Of a DNA stretch of 64,000 nt, positions 12,767 through 24,100 are shown piece by piece. The notes beneath the pieces are model-generated. The model was given only the letters and a program-made list of their open reading frames with translations, ran no database searches and had not been told where the DNA came from. Source of the DNA: Chlorokybus atmophyticus (Eukaryota > Plantae > Mesostigma and Chlorokybus algae); assembly GCA_009103225.1 (NCBI GenBank), contig RHPI01003642.1, positions 517,116-581,115 of the forward strand, in the 5' to 3' direction. The first letter of the stretch is position 1. Each line of letters begins with the position of its first letter. Made by a program: the position numbers and the translations under genes.

Positions 12767-12954
12767 CGCACACACACAAAAGAAATTACCTTAGCTACCG
12801 CCTCTCTGTCTGCGTCGTTAACAACCGGCTCCCCATCCTGCTCCCAAGTGCCTCCTGCACTTCGTACCCTCTCCTGCTCCGCATCAAAGTCTTCTTCACC
12901 CGCTGGTTGTTCATCTTCGTGCGTTGCAGCCCGCTTTCGCTTCCTTCCCGCCAT
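9380..12954 (-). CDS. CryptonF-type tyrosine recombinase (NDC10_II-like) with C-terminal GCR1_C DNA-binding domain, ~757 aa, 8 exons
   Basis: Exons 12954-12790, 11980-11723, 11648-11578, 11516-11335, 11256-10679, 10585-10517, 10413-10162, 10078-9380, all GT-AG and in frame; motifs NYEDRQAGT, ITRSE, GGKTNHNG, GALRHKNVQVCAVG, KKCHAGRVSG, LGGW, MQSY, YFIPRA, IWPW, LRVVLVQD, HPIF; GCR1_C-like TVRQAWHEYAVG...WRKG...YNRRK; NLS RKRKR. Confidence 0.9.
12030..12759. repeat. Pyrimidine-rich minisatellite (~165-170 bp unit, about 3 copies), N gap and (CT)n in Crypton intron 1
   Basis: tgtccgc.tgcattcagtctccccc recurs at ~12059, 12231 and 12394; (CT)n at 12722-12759. Confidence 0.85.
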
Positions 12955-14649
12955 CTGTGCAACCAACGGCAATGCTTCCTTGTGCAATAATGTGCGATAA
13001 TGCATTATGACATTGCACCGCGCACTGTGCATGCTTCGAACGCTATGCACATCACGCAACTCGCGGTAAATGTGCTGTATAGTGAGAGCCATTGTGCACA
13101 GCACATGTTACTATCAAATGGCAGCTAGCGAACACACTATTACACATGTATATACAATCAATATGGTCTATGGTCATTGTGCTTGGATGCTGATGATAAT
13201 GATGATGACTTCGGAACAGTGCAACATACCTGTTACATGCCACTAGCATAGATTGCGTCCACCAGGCCTATCAGATGACAAGCACTACGTAGAACAACGA
13301 CGGCAACACAACAGGCCAAGCAACGTCTATCAGAGCCGCAGTTCACTCAACAACCCACCGCCCCACGTAACGCCACTGCTGCTACCGCCGCCGCCGCCCA
13401 AGCCGCCCACGCCGACCAGGAGGTCAAATTTGGTTAACTAACAAGTAAATTGAGGCCACGTGCGGTGGCCCGACCGCGGTTAGCTGCCGGCCGACCGGTC
13501 GACCGGCTGGGCCGGCGGCAGAGGTCCCGCGTTACGCCAGCTGCCGTGTCTTGAGCGTAACTCGCTCGTTACCTTTAAACTCCAGCAGTTTCGGGCGGGA
13601 GGTGTCGGGCGGCCGACACCCCGCCTGTCGATCGGGCACACACATCGTCACCCAACCCGTCACTCACTCTGCCGTTTCCTTTAGGCCTAGAGGGTTTGCG
13701 GCAGCCGACGGTGCGGCTAGGCGGCGCCCAGTGGGCGCGACCGTTAAATTTACGGTTGATGGCATTGCACCGCCAGCCTGTAAACAGACGTTCATTCCAC
13801 CTATATTTTAGCCTTTTACATGCGTCCTTATGGTTTTTAAATGCATCTTATCAATTTACCATGATGCAACCAGCTAGCATAAGTGATTCGGCTGTTGACC
13901 ATGTTTGATGACGCAGTCACTAAAGCGTGCAATCAATTAGTGTTACATGGTAGAGTGGATTAGTTAGTTAGAACGAGGGTGAGTAGTGGCGGCATGTCTT
14001 TGGGGTATGGGGCCTGCCCCGACCTCGTACCGCCAAAAACGCGGCCGTTTTAACCACTAACTGTGCTGCAATTACACCGAATCTCTAGCGAATTTGGGTC
14101 GCCGTTGGTAAGCAGTTGCCGCTGAGATAGTTTTCAGCATCTATTGCGTATCTCTGCAATAATTGGCCATTTCGCTGCCTTTTTCAGCAACGGCTATTGT
14201 CACCGTTGCGATCCCATTCGATCAACTCATGCGTGACCAAATGGTGGCCTAACGATGCGCTTTTCGTTTAATTAATTCTTAACTATAAGATAATTCAGGT
14301 TAGCATTATTGTGATGGTGGTAACCTTGGCATTACATACTGAATGTTGCAGCACGTACCGTGGCGTAAACGTTACGTTGAAGATTAAGTTTTGAAACACT
14401 TAACTGCAGGTTGCCAACCATATTGCACCATATTGCAGCATATGTGCTGCATTTTGCAACACATCAGAGATATCAACATGTATCAATGTATCAATGTATC
14501 TCTACATCTATTAATATTATTTCTGTGACACATACAGATGATCAACATGCAGCCATAAGCGGCCACGTATGCAGAACTGTGCTTAATTTTTACATTTGTT
14601 GGCATGCGTTTAAACAATGGCATGTGCTTTGCACGGCCACGATCATTTA

Positions 14650-15390
14650 GGCAGATCCAACGGTGTAACGCTTGTACTCGCCGCCTAGCCAGTGAGAAGC
14701 CGGGCCGCACATACTGCCGCGCAGCCCGGCAGTCGCGGGTGCCGAGTGATGGCCCGACCAAAGCCGCACCACTACTTATCTCCGCACGTAACGTGGCAGA
14801 AACGTTAGTACTTAATGTATTATCTTAGTACATGTGGGACATGTAAATGTGCACCATGTTGTCCTCAATTTTTGCAATACATACTATATGCATAATACAT
14901 ACATTATATGCAATATATATAAATAATATGTATAAGATTACATGTATTATGTATATCATGCACATAAAAGTACGTATATATACTACTATAGTATCATACT
15001 ATTATATGCATATAATGTGTATGATGCTGTGTATCATTATATAACATATATGTACCCTATCGTGCATGTGTAATAGAATACATGTATGATGTAAGATTAC
15101 TCGTATATAAGTGCGTATTTATATCACATCTGATTTGCACTTATGGTACATATATGCTTATATGTAGTCATAAATGCATATAGTTATTAAGAGCATGATA
15201 AATAAAGTTTGTATCATTCGCATATATTCTAAGCAGTTGCATGACATGGGGATGAGCTTTGGACGGTCGAGATGTGTTTTGACAGATCGAACGGCCGAGC
15301 TTATAAGTGTTGCCTAGCCAATGAGAGGAAGGCGGGCGGCGCATACCACGCAGCCCGGCAGTCGCGGGTGCCGTATGTCACTGATGGCCG
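14650..15390. repeat. Two degenerate ~110-bp direct repeats inside the TIR element
   Basis: Identical 25-bp core cgcagcccggcagtcgcgggtgccg at 14720-14744 and 15349-15373, each preceded by gcctagcca.tgaga. Confidence 0.8.
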
Positions 15391-17073
15391 TCGTGCGTGG
15401 TGCGCGTGTGATGTGTCTTGTGCCCTAATGCCGGCCGGCCGGCCCAATCACACGCCCAATCAGCCGCACCGCTAGTTTGCACGTGTATAATGCTGATAGC
15501 ATGAAGAAAAGAAGATAATATGCATCAAGTGTCATTATTGTCCCCTTTGAGGGAAACACAGAAAGGGAGGGGGGACTCTGATGTACAAATTCACTCCCCC
15601 CCACAAATTTGCCAAGGGGGACTGTATTTGGGGGGGGACACTGACGGGGTAAATACGGTACATTCATCGCAGACATCAGCCAGACAATACAAACATATTG
15701 ATTGTTGCCTCAAAACCTTGCATTTGGTGACCCGAAGTAGCGTCGACAACGGCATGTCGCTTTCTGTCTTCCCACCATCGCCAGCACACGTGCCACAGCC
15801 GTGCGCTTCCTTTCCTCGCCAAGTTCCACCCCAAGTCCAATGCTTTCCCCACAACGTACCCAATCACCGCACCCACAACCATCAACGGTATGTCAACCAT
15901 TGCGGGCAAGCTTGTACCGTCTGCCAAGAGATTGGTTTGGCGCTGTGAAACGCGAGGGGGGCCCCGTACAGTAGCGCGCGGGCTGGTCCAGGCCGCCTGG
16001 CGGGAGCGCGGCCCGGAGGTATTGGGAGTAGACCTGGGTCATTCCGTGGGTTTGCAGCTCGACTTCCTGTTACTCCGGCTCGGGAAGGGATCCTTTCCGA
16101 GCCGGATGGGCTTGTATGCTAATATATGGCGGATCCTTCCGGAAGAAGAATGACACTAACAGGTCGGAAGTTCACGGAAATTCGTCTTACAAGCAATGCA
16201 AATGCGTGTTACTTAGCATAACCATAATATGTAATGAATTCCTGCTTGTCAGAATGTGAAAGGCATTCCACCCTAGCTTTGAGTTACAATGACAAGGTTT
16301 ACACACGTGCCGTATTTACATGGTGCGCTCATACAGCCAGTTTGTATGCTCCAAAGCCATGATCATGGTAGAAACGGATTGCAATATCATTGATGTGAAC
16401 ATTCGAATTCATTTAGCAATAAGGCATTTGCCATGTGCAATCTATCACTCAAGTGAAAGCTGATTAATACGCATGATGCATGACCAACGATATATGATAC
16501 TAGGACATACATAAACGCATATCACTTTACTGCAATATGTGGCATCATGCCAAATCAATGTGCATGTCATGGGACGCACATGCATAACGCAATATGAACG
16601 TCTTGAAGTCAGTGGCATGTATTACGTTTACTATGTGATGCATGTGGCGAGAGGCATATAATAGTGACATTTCAATACAATCTTCATTATTACGCTGTAT
16701 CGCTTTAATAAGTTTTACGTACGGTTGTTACAATATTGATTTGTAATAACAATTATGATCCGAAACTCTCAGCAAGGATTGTGGTAAGCCAAAGAGAGGT
16801 CAGTCTTGAAAGCAGCTACAGATGTTCACTTGATGTGTCCACATGTGAGGTGCTCGACTTGAATATGCAAGTTGTTGGTATGCTACTCCGTCTATCGCTC
16901 GTAAAGATGGTGACTCATGTTGAGCTTGGGGGTTGTGTGTGCACGGTATTCAGACGGTTGTTCATCATAGGTGTCTATTTTCAGTGTTCAATTGCCTTCA
17001 CGGCTTTAGTAGGTAAATGAACAGAAGTAACATTATAGATACAAAGCTTTCAAATAAACAAATGTAATAAGTG

Positions 17074-17463
<390 letters not shown>

Positions 17464-18125
17464 TAGCCATTGTTAATCATATATGAAATATTGTAGGTGT
17501 GCGCATGCTAACATAACATGTAATCACCTTCTAATCATATTATGGTTATCATACGCGTGAATAAATTGTAATCTGGGCAATAGGTGCCACCCATTACCTC
17601 GACTGATAAATGATGATCATATTTAAAAGACAATCGCAGCATGGTTTGCAAATTTAGTTAATAACAAATGATCAACGGCACTCTGTACACTCCATACACT
17701 TGAATTTCTCATAAAACTTATACCTATAAATGTGACATGCTAATGGTGGAATGCATTGTGTATTGCCACCATAAGCGAGGTAAGTTGAAATATCTGTAAT
17801 CTATTACTATCATATGTACCCATACAAAGAGCCCCCTTCCCCCTCGTTTGGGAGACCCTCTTCCCCCTTCTAAGTAAAGACTGCCCTGTCAATAAAACTG
17901 CATGAAGTCAATGTCCTCAGGCCAGGCAGGCGGTATCACTCTTGGCACATTACATTGCATGCACTAGTAGTGTCGCACCGCACGTCATGTGGACTCGTAT
18001 CTAACGAGCATGATCGCCCACAAATATGCTATGTGAATGCTGTCCATCTTTTGCGAACTATGTACAATTCCATAACATGAGGTGTCGCTTCTCTAAACGC
18101 ACTTTATCCGTCACCATCTTTGCTC

Positions 18126-21100
18126 TCACTGTCTTTGACGCCTAGCACCAGCAACCCTCCCCCCAGCGGAAGCCGCATTGTCACGGATGATATTGCGCCT
18201 CACCGATGTGTTCGACTGCGCCAGCTGTCTCTCCACCTCCGCACTGCACACAACAATAGAGCTTATACACCTGGCACATGCCATGGCTATGATACTACAC
18301 AACAATGCCAACAACGTTTGTCCGCAATGCGTGCGCATGTGGGCGCGTGAGCTCGTGTGTCTCTGTGCATGCAACACCCTGCGCATACACCACAACACCT
18401 TACCTCAGCTTGTTCTCTATGCGCGAGACCGCGACGGGCGCGACGTACTGCGGTCGCGTGCCTCTTATCTCGTACATCCAGTCCATCTCCTCTGTTTGTA
18501 TGATCAATCTCGCCACGAGCACGCGGCCGTACTCGCGCGGGGAGAACGACACCGTGAAGGGCGTGCCGGGGTCGTCGGGAGTCATGGGCCGCACCATCGC
18601 GCGGGAGGGAGAGATGCCGAACTCGGGAGGGGAGTCCGGACCGAAGAAGGCTATGCAGGGAGCTGTGCACATACAACAACATTGTTATCAGGACTGGGAT
18701 ACAAGATGAGTGCGACGTGTGGGTGGGTGTGTGGGTGTGGGTGGGTGCGCGCGTGTCTGTTGTTGCACCTGGTGTGTGCAAGGGGCTAGGGATGTGGATG
18801 ACAGCGGTGCCGGTGTGGTTGACCAGGGACTCGATGGTGATTACGCCGTCAAGGACGGGCTCAGTAGCCTATGGTTGACGCAAAATCAGTTGCGGATAGG
18901 GCGAGGGCACGTATGGTCTGGTCAGTGTGTGTTGTTCACGCGCACACACGCACATTTGCAAACGCATGCACGCACCCACGCGTGCACGCACACATACACA
19001 CACAGAGCACACCTCCAAGTCCATGTCAAATCGCCAGCATCCTCCGCTGCTCTTTGTGACGACGAGTGTGGCGCTTGTCTTCATCACCTTCTGCGGCTGG
19101 AAGGACACGCGGTACTTCGCCTTCGGCACAGCGCCCTCGGCCTCGCCCTCACCCTCCACCACAGCAATGTCCTGCATACCAACAAGTTCCAACCACCATA
19201 TGGACATGTGCAACACCGTATCGGGCAGCAGCAGAGAAAGATTCTAGTAACCAACATACTGTGATGATGGGTTGGACAGTGAGGGCCCGACGAAGAGCTG
19301 TGGCGTCCGTGTCGGGGAGCACGAGTGAGTGTGTGACGCTCTCCGGGCGGGAGGATGAGAGCCGTAGACCGTGTAGCGGGAGCTCCACTTCCTCGTGCAT
19401 GGCACTCCTCGCACGACACTGTGGACAACATCATAAGTGACCGCCCTGTCTCAGAGTTGCAGTAAGAGTAAAGGGTTTTTCTCACTTGGAAGCGGATGGA
19501 CATGCCGCTGGGAGGGGCCTCAGATACGCCCACGATAGGGTAGCGCCAGGCCAGGTCCTCCTCCATCTCCACCGTAAGCTCCGCCTTGTACTCGGTAATC
19601 TCATCTGTTGATAAAGAACGAGAGTCTTAGCATTACACCAAAATATGTGCGCTGGTGTGTCGAGTGCGCGCGCAGACCTTTGCGTGTGTGTCTTGACACG
19701 AGTGACCACACTTGCCTGGGGTGAATGAGACAGGGATCTGCAAGAATGCGAACGGCGCAAGTGTGACATTGCGTTGGCGCTTGAGCATGATGCGGAATGG
19801 CGGCGTGCGCATGACATCGTTTGCACTGCTAGTGTCCTCCGTTCCGTCCTTCCCGCCGCGGGAGGCGTCTGAGAGCGATATGGCGACCTGGAGAGGCACG
19901 GGGAACGGGTTGCGGAAGGTCACGAGGGAGGAGACAGTCTGGCCCAACATCGCGCCCACCACTTGTGGTTCCATCATCGTCGGGGGCGTGCCACGCCCGC
20001 GACACCTACAAGAGAGCTCGTCTCATCAGCTTTGCTGATACACACACGCCCACACGCACTCGCGCAGGCACGCATGCATGCATGCACGCACGCTCACACA
20101 CGCGCACACAGACACATGACAATGATGTGGACTTGCGTGCAAGCGTACCTGAAGACCCAGGAGCCTACGGCGGCGTCTCCGGCCTCGATCTCTGCCTCTT
20201 CCTCAACGTTGAGTGAGGACGGCGTGTACTCGACGCGCGCCTCTGCGCTTCCCCGCGCAGGCAAGGTGATACTGCATGGCCAACCACATCACCTCAGCCA
20301 ACCCAGCACTATACTCACACCACACAACCATAAAACACCTCCAGCCGCTGCTTACGTGTTGGGCACGAGCGTGAAGTTGCGCGGGTTGCTGCTGGCCGAC
20401 CGCAGAGCCACTTGGACGTCCAGCGGGTTGTTGAACGTCACTGCGTGGTGCTGCTTCTTGCCAACTGTACGCACGCACAAGTCAGTCACCCTGTTTGTCG
20501 ATAACAAGTGTGACAACCTTAGCAGAGTTTCCTCTTGCCTTCGCAGATCATGTCAGGTAGCACTGTTGGCGGCGCCGCGTCCGCAGCGAGCTCGAGGCGG
20601 TACCAGTACTCGCCCACGCTGTCGCTGAAGAAGTGAACAGCGCCCTCCTCCTCGCCAGGCTGCCAAACAAGATGTGTGCGTGTCAGCGAGTGGCTGATTG
20701 GACATGACGGCTGTCAAAGCCTGTGTGTGCGTGAGTACCCTTAGCGGTAGGTATGCAAACTCGTATGCCCGCATCTCTCGTGCCTCCAGCTGCAGCTTCT
20801 TGGGACCAACGAGCCCGTGACCCTGCGTGTGATTTTGGAGCAAGCACACTTAATCAGTGAGTGCGTGTGCATGTGTGTGGGCGCACGCGCGTGCGTGTAT
20901 CTGACTGCCTCTCTTGCCTGGAGGACGACTTCGAAGGTGACGGGGTGGTCCACAGGGTTGTTGACATGTATCTCCAGCGTGACGGGTGACCTTACGGCCG
21001 TGCGTGCCACAACCACATCCTCGGCCGGTGGCGGCGCCGCTCTCACCTCGATCGCGAACCACACGTACCTCCCGTTGGGTGCCGTGAACGTGACGGACCC

Positions 21101-24100
21101 AAGCGCCACGCCCGACCTGGCGGGACTCAGCTGCAGCTCGTAGTCGGCAGGCCGGTCCGACACAACACGTAGCGTACGCGGCTCGGGGTTGCTGAGAGGT
21201 AGGTCTGATGTCACTGTGTAGATCACCTCGCTACCAGCGCGGCCGCCATCGCCTCCGATGTTGGGAACTTGGATGGTTTTGGACGTCGTCTTACGGGCCT
21301 GACAATCGATGACGATCAGGCCCTCGGACAGAGGCTCCTCTGCAACACCTTTGAGAGTAAAGAAGCTGTTCTCGCCGGAACCGCTGAAGCTCAACTGCAG
21401 CTCTGTGACACAATTGTGTCAATGACACCCACCCACACACACGCATGCACACACGCACACGCACGTCCAAATGCACACGCACATGCCCGCACATGGACGT
21501 GCACACCGCACAGCTACCTGTTACTAAGTGTCCACATCACTTCTTGCTCACCTCCGGTGCATTCTCCCATCCACGCCGGCCGGAATGTGACACTATACGC
21601 CCCGTTCTGTCCCGCGGGTACCGTCACCTCGCTCGGTCCCCCGAACGCGTTGTTTCCCGTGAGTCTCGCGGATGCCGTGAGCGGCCTGTCTCCGTTGGCG
21701 TTGACGATCGGGATGTCCTGGGAGCAGCGGCCGCGGGCGGGGCACTCGAAGTCAAGGGAGGAACGGGAGGAGGAAGAGGAGAGGGAGAGCTCGGCGTCGA
21801 GGAGACGGACGTCGAGGGGGGAAGTGAGGAGCAACCTGGTTGGATGAGGACATGTTGTTTGCGCAAGGCATTGAATGAGTTATTGAACACGCACGCACGC
21901 ACGCACGCATGCATGCATGTGCGCGCACGCATGCGCATGCACTCCAAAAGCATGCGCGCGTGCGCACACAGACGCGCACACACAACTAGCGCTATAATGC
22001 TGCAAGACCAACCTGACTGGGTACACGCCAGGGCCTTTATGGTTGAGCGTGAGCGGTACGCAGTTGCTGACAGTCACCCCAGCAACTTCACCTCCCCCCC
22101 CCCCCCCACCCCCACCCCCACCCTCTCCCCCTCCTCCTCCTCCTCCTCCTCCTCCTCCACTTTTGCCACCCGCAGGCGTCTTAGTCCCACTGCCACTGCC
22201 ACCTTCACGGGCGCCCTCGTACAGGACAACCTCGGCTGGCACAGACACGTACGGGGAGCTGCTGCGGACAGAGTACTTGACGGTACGGGAGGCAACACCA
22301 CCTTCTTGTACACCGGTTGCCCTGAAGCAGGTGTCACGCTTAGTAGTTATGTGTGCGTGTGCGTGTGCGTGCACGCATGTGTATGTGTGCCTGTGACACC
22401 AACATACACATACCTCATGATATCAGCCTGCTCCTTGATTCTGTACCCCGGGTGTCGTTCCATGAACATGCGCTTCGCAGCCTCAAATTGCTGGCTGACC
22501 CATGGCACGGGCAGCTCGCGTACGATCACGTTGTTGTTGTTGCCGGCGGATGCGCTGACAGCGGCCTCGCATTGGAAGCGCACCGGCGCGGAGGCTGCCG
22601 GCGTGGGCAGACGCGCGTCGCCGATTAGTAAGTATGTAAACTCGCCGAACTCCGCGTCCACGAAGATGAGCTGTTGAGAGAAGAGGCTGGTGAGAAGGTG
22701 AGAGAGGGCATGTGGATATGTACTTGTCAAGAATCAGTCGTATCTACATGTAAGGAAAAACGTGCACTGCAGTGAACTGGGCGCTGTACCTGGCATGCGG
22801 ACTTGCCAAAGGCAAACGGCAGGTAATGTATAGTCACCTGTAACATGGTTGCGAAGGTTTTGTTAATGCGCATATGTAGGACATTACACATACACTCACG
22901 AACAACACAACAACAGTTGTGCCAACACACCTTGCCAGTTTCTCCCTGTCGCAGTTTGAGTCTCGTCTTGTCACATCCAAAAGGCATTGGCCAGGTTGTT
23001 GTGACTGATCCGCCACCATCAACCACAGGCACACTCGGCATCTCTCCTCCCTCAGGTGGCTTTGCTACGACGCTCACAGCAAAGTCGCACTCGCCGGGGA
23101 ACGGGTTGACCACCTCCATATCCTGCGTCACATACTCATACATGGCAGCCGCTACCTCAAGCGTTCTCAGCGGCGTGCGCGAGTGCACTTGACACATGAG
23201 TGCGAACACGAGCGTAGCTGCGGGCGCCCCGGCCCCCGCGTTATTACTCTTGACTGAGGTGAGAGTCAACCTCGCCTCCTGTGCCTTAGCCACCTGCGGC
23301 GTGCACTGAACAGCAAACAACCCTCTACTCCTTGGCTCGAGCCGGATATAGCTTGCAGGAAGATCAAAGTCCTTAGCACCAGCGAGGCGTGCGAGGTACG
23401 CCACGGGACGAGTACCCGGGTTGGTTAGTTCAATGTGTTTGAGGAGAGTCTCGCCGAGACGGCCGGCGAAGGAGACAGGGGGTTGGCGAGGGATGAGTTG
23501 GGGAAGAGCGGACCAGAGGTAGAGGAGGAAGAGGAGTGATTCGCGGGGTTGAGGGCGTAATATGTCGTCTTCGTCGAGAGGGTAGGCTAGAGACAGGTCG
23601 CGGTAGAGTGATACAACAAGACGGGCGTTCTCGCGGACTTGAGACTCGTCGCGGCAAGGACGATGCAGCGCGCCCTCATTCGCACGCAATGATGGCCTGC
23701 ATAGTGGTGGTGAATGCTATCACTATGTCACACATAGGGCTCTGATGTTGTTGGGTTACTTGTACTGACCTGTGGGAGGCGAGGAGGGAGAAGAGGGCAA
23801 GGCCGTCGCGTAGGTGTGTGGTGAAGTTGGTGAGTCGGTAGTAGCACGAGGGTAGGACGATACGGAAGTGGTGGCTAGCCCAACGCAGAAGCACGCTCTC
23901 ACCCGGACTATATATGTTGCTCCCCGCATCTCCACCAACCGGCACCACAACGGGCGGGCACCCTTCCCCGCCAGTTCCCGGCAGAGCCTTGAGCGCCCTC
24001 GCCGTTACGCGTGAGAGCGCAAACACCCTCACCACCTGCGTGGCGACGGTGTACCACGCCGCCGCGGACACGTGGGCCCACACGCCTTCGAGCCTGCGCC

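Larger units (their letters stand above)
7705..15658. mobile_element. TA-flanked TIR element with Tc1/mariner (Tc2/pogo-type) ends, 7,954 bp, carrying a Crypton gene
   Basis: TA|CCGTATTTACCCCGTCAG... at 7703-7722 and ...CTGACGGGGTAAATACGG|TA at 15641-15660; 27 of the first 28 bp match; imperfect TIR extends ~65-70 bp. Confidence 0.8.

Noticed and set aside
16075-16105. Helitron 3' hairpin
   Set aside because: An imperfect palindrome is present, but there is no clear CTRR terminus at the expected spacing and no 5' TC end or RepHel remnant.
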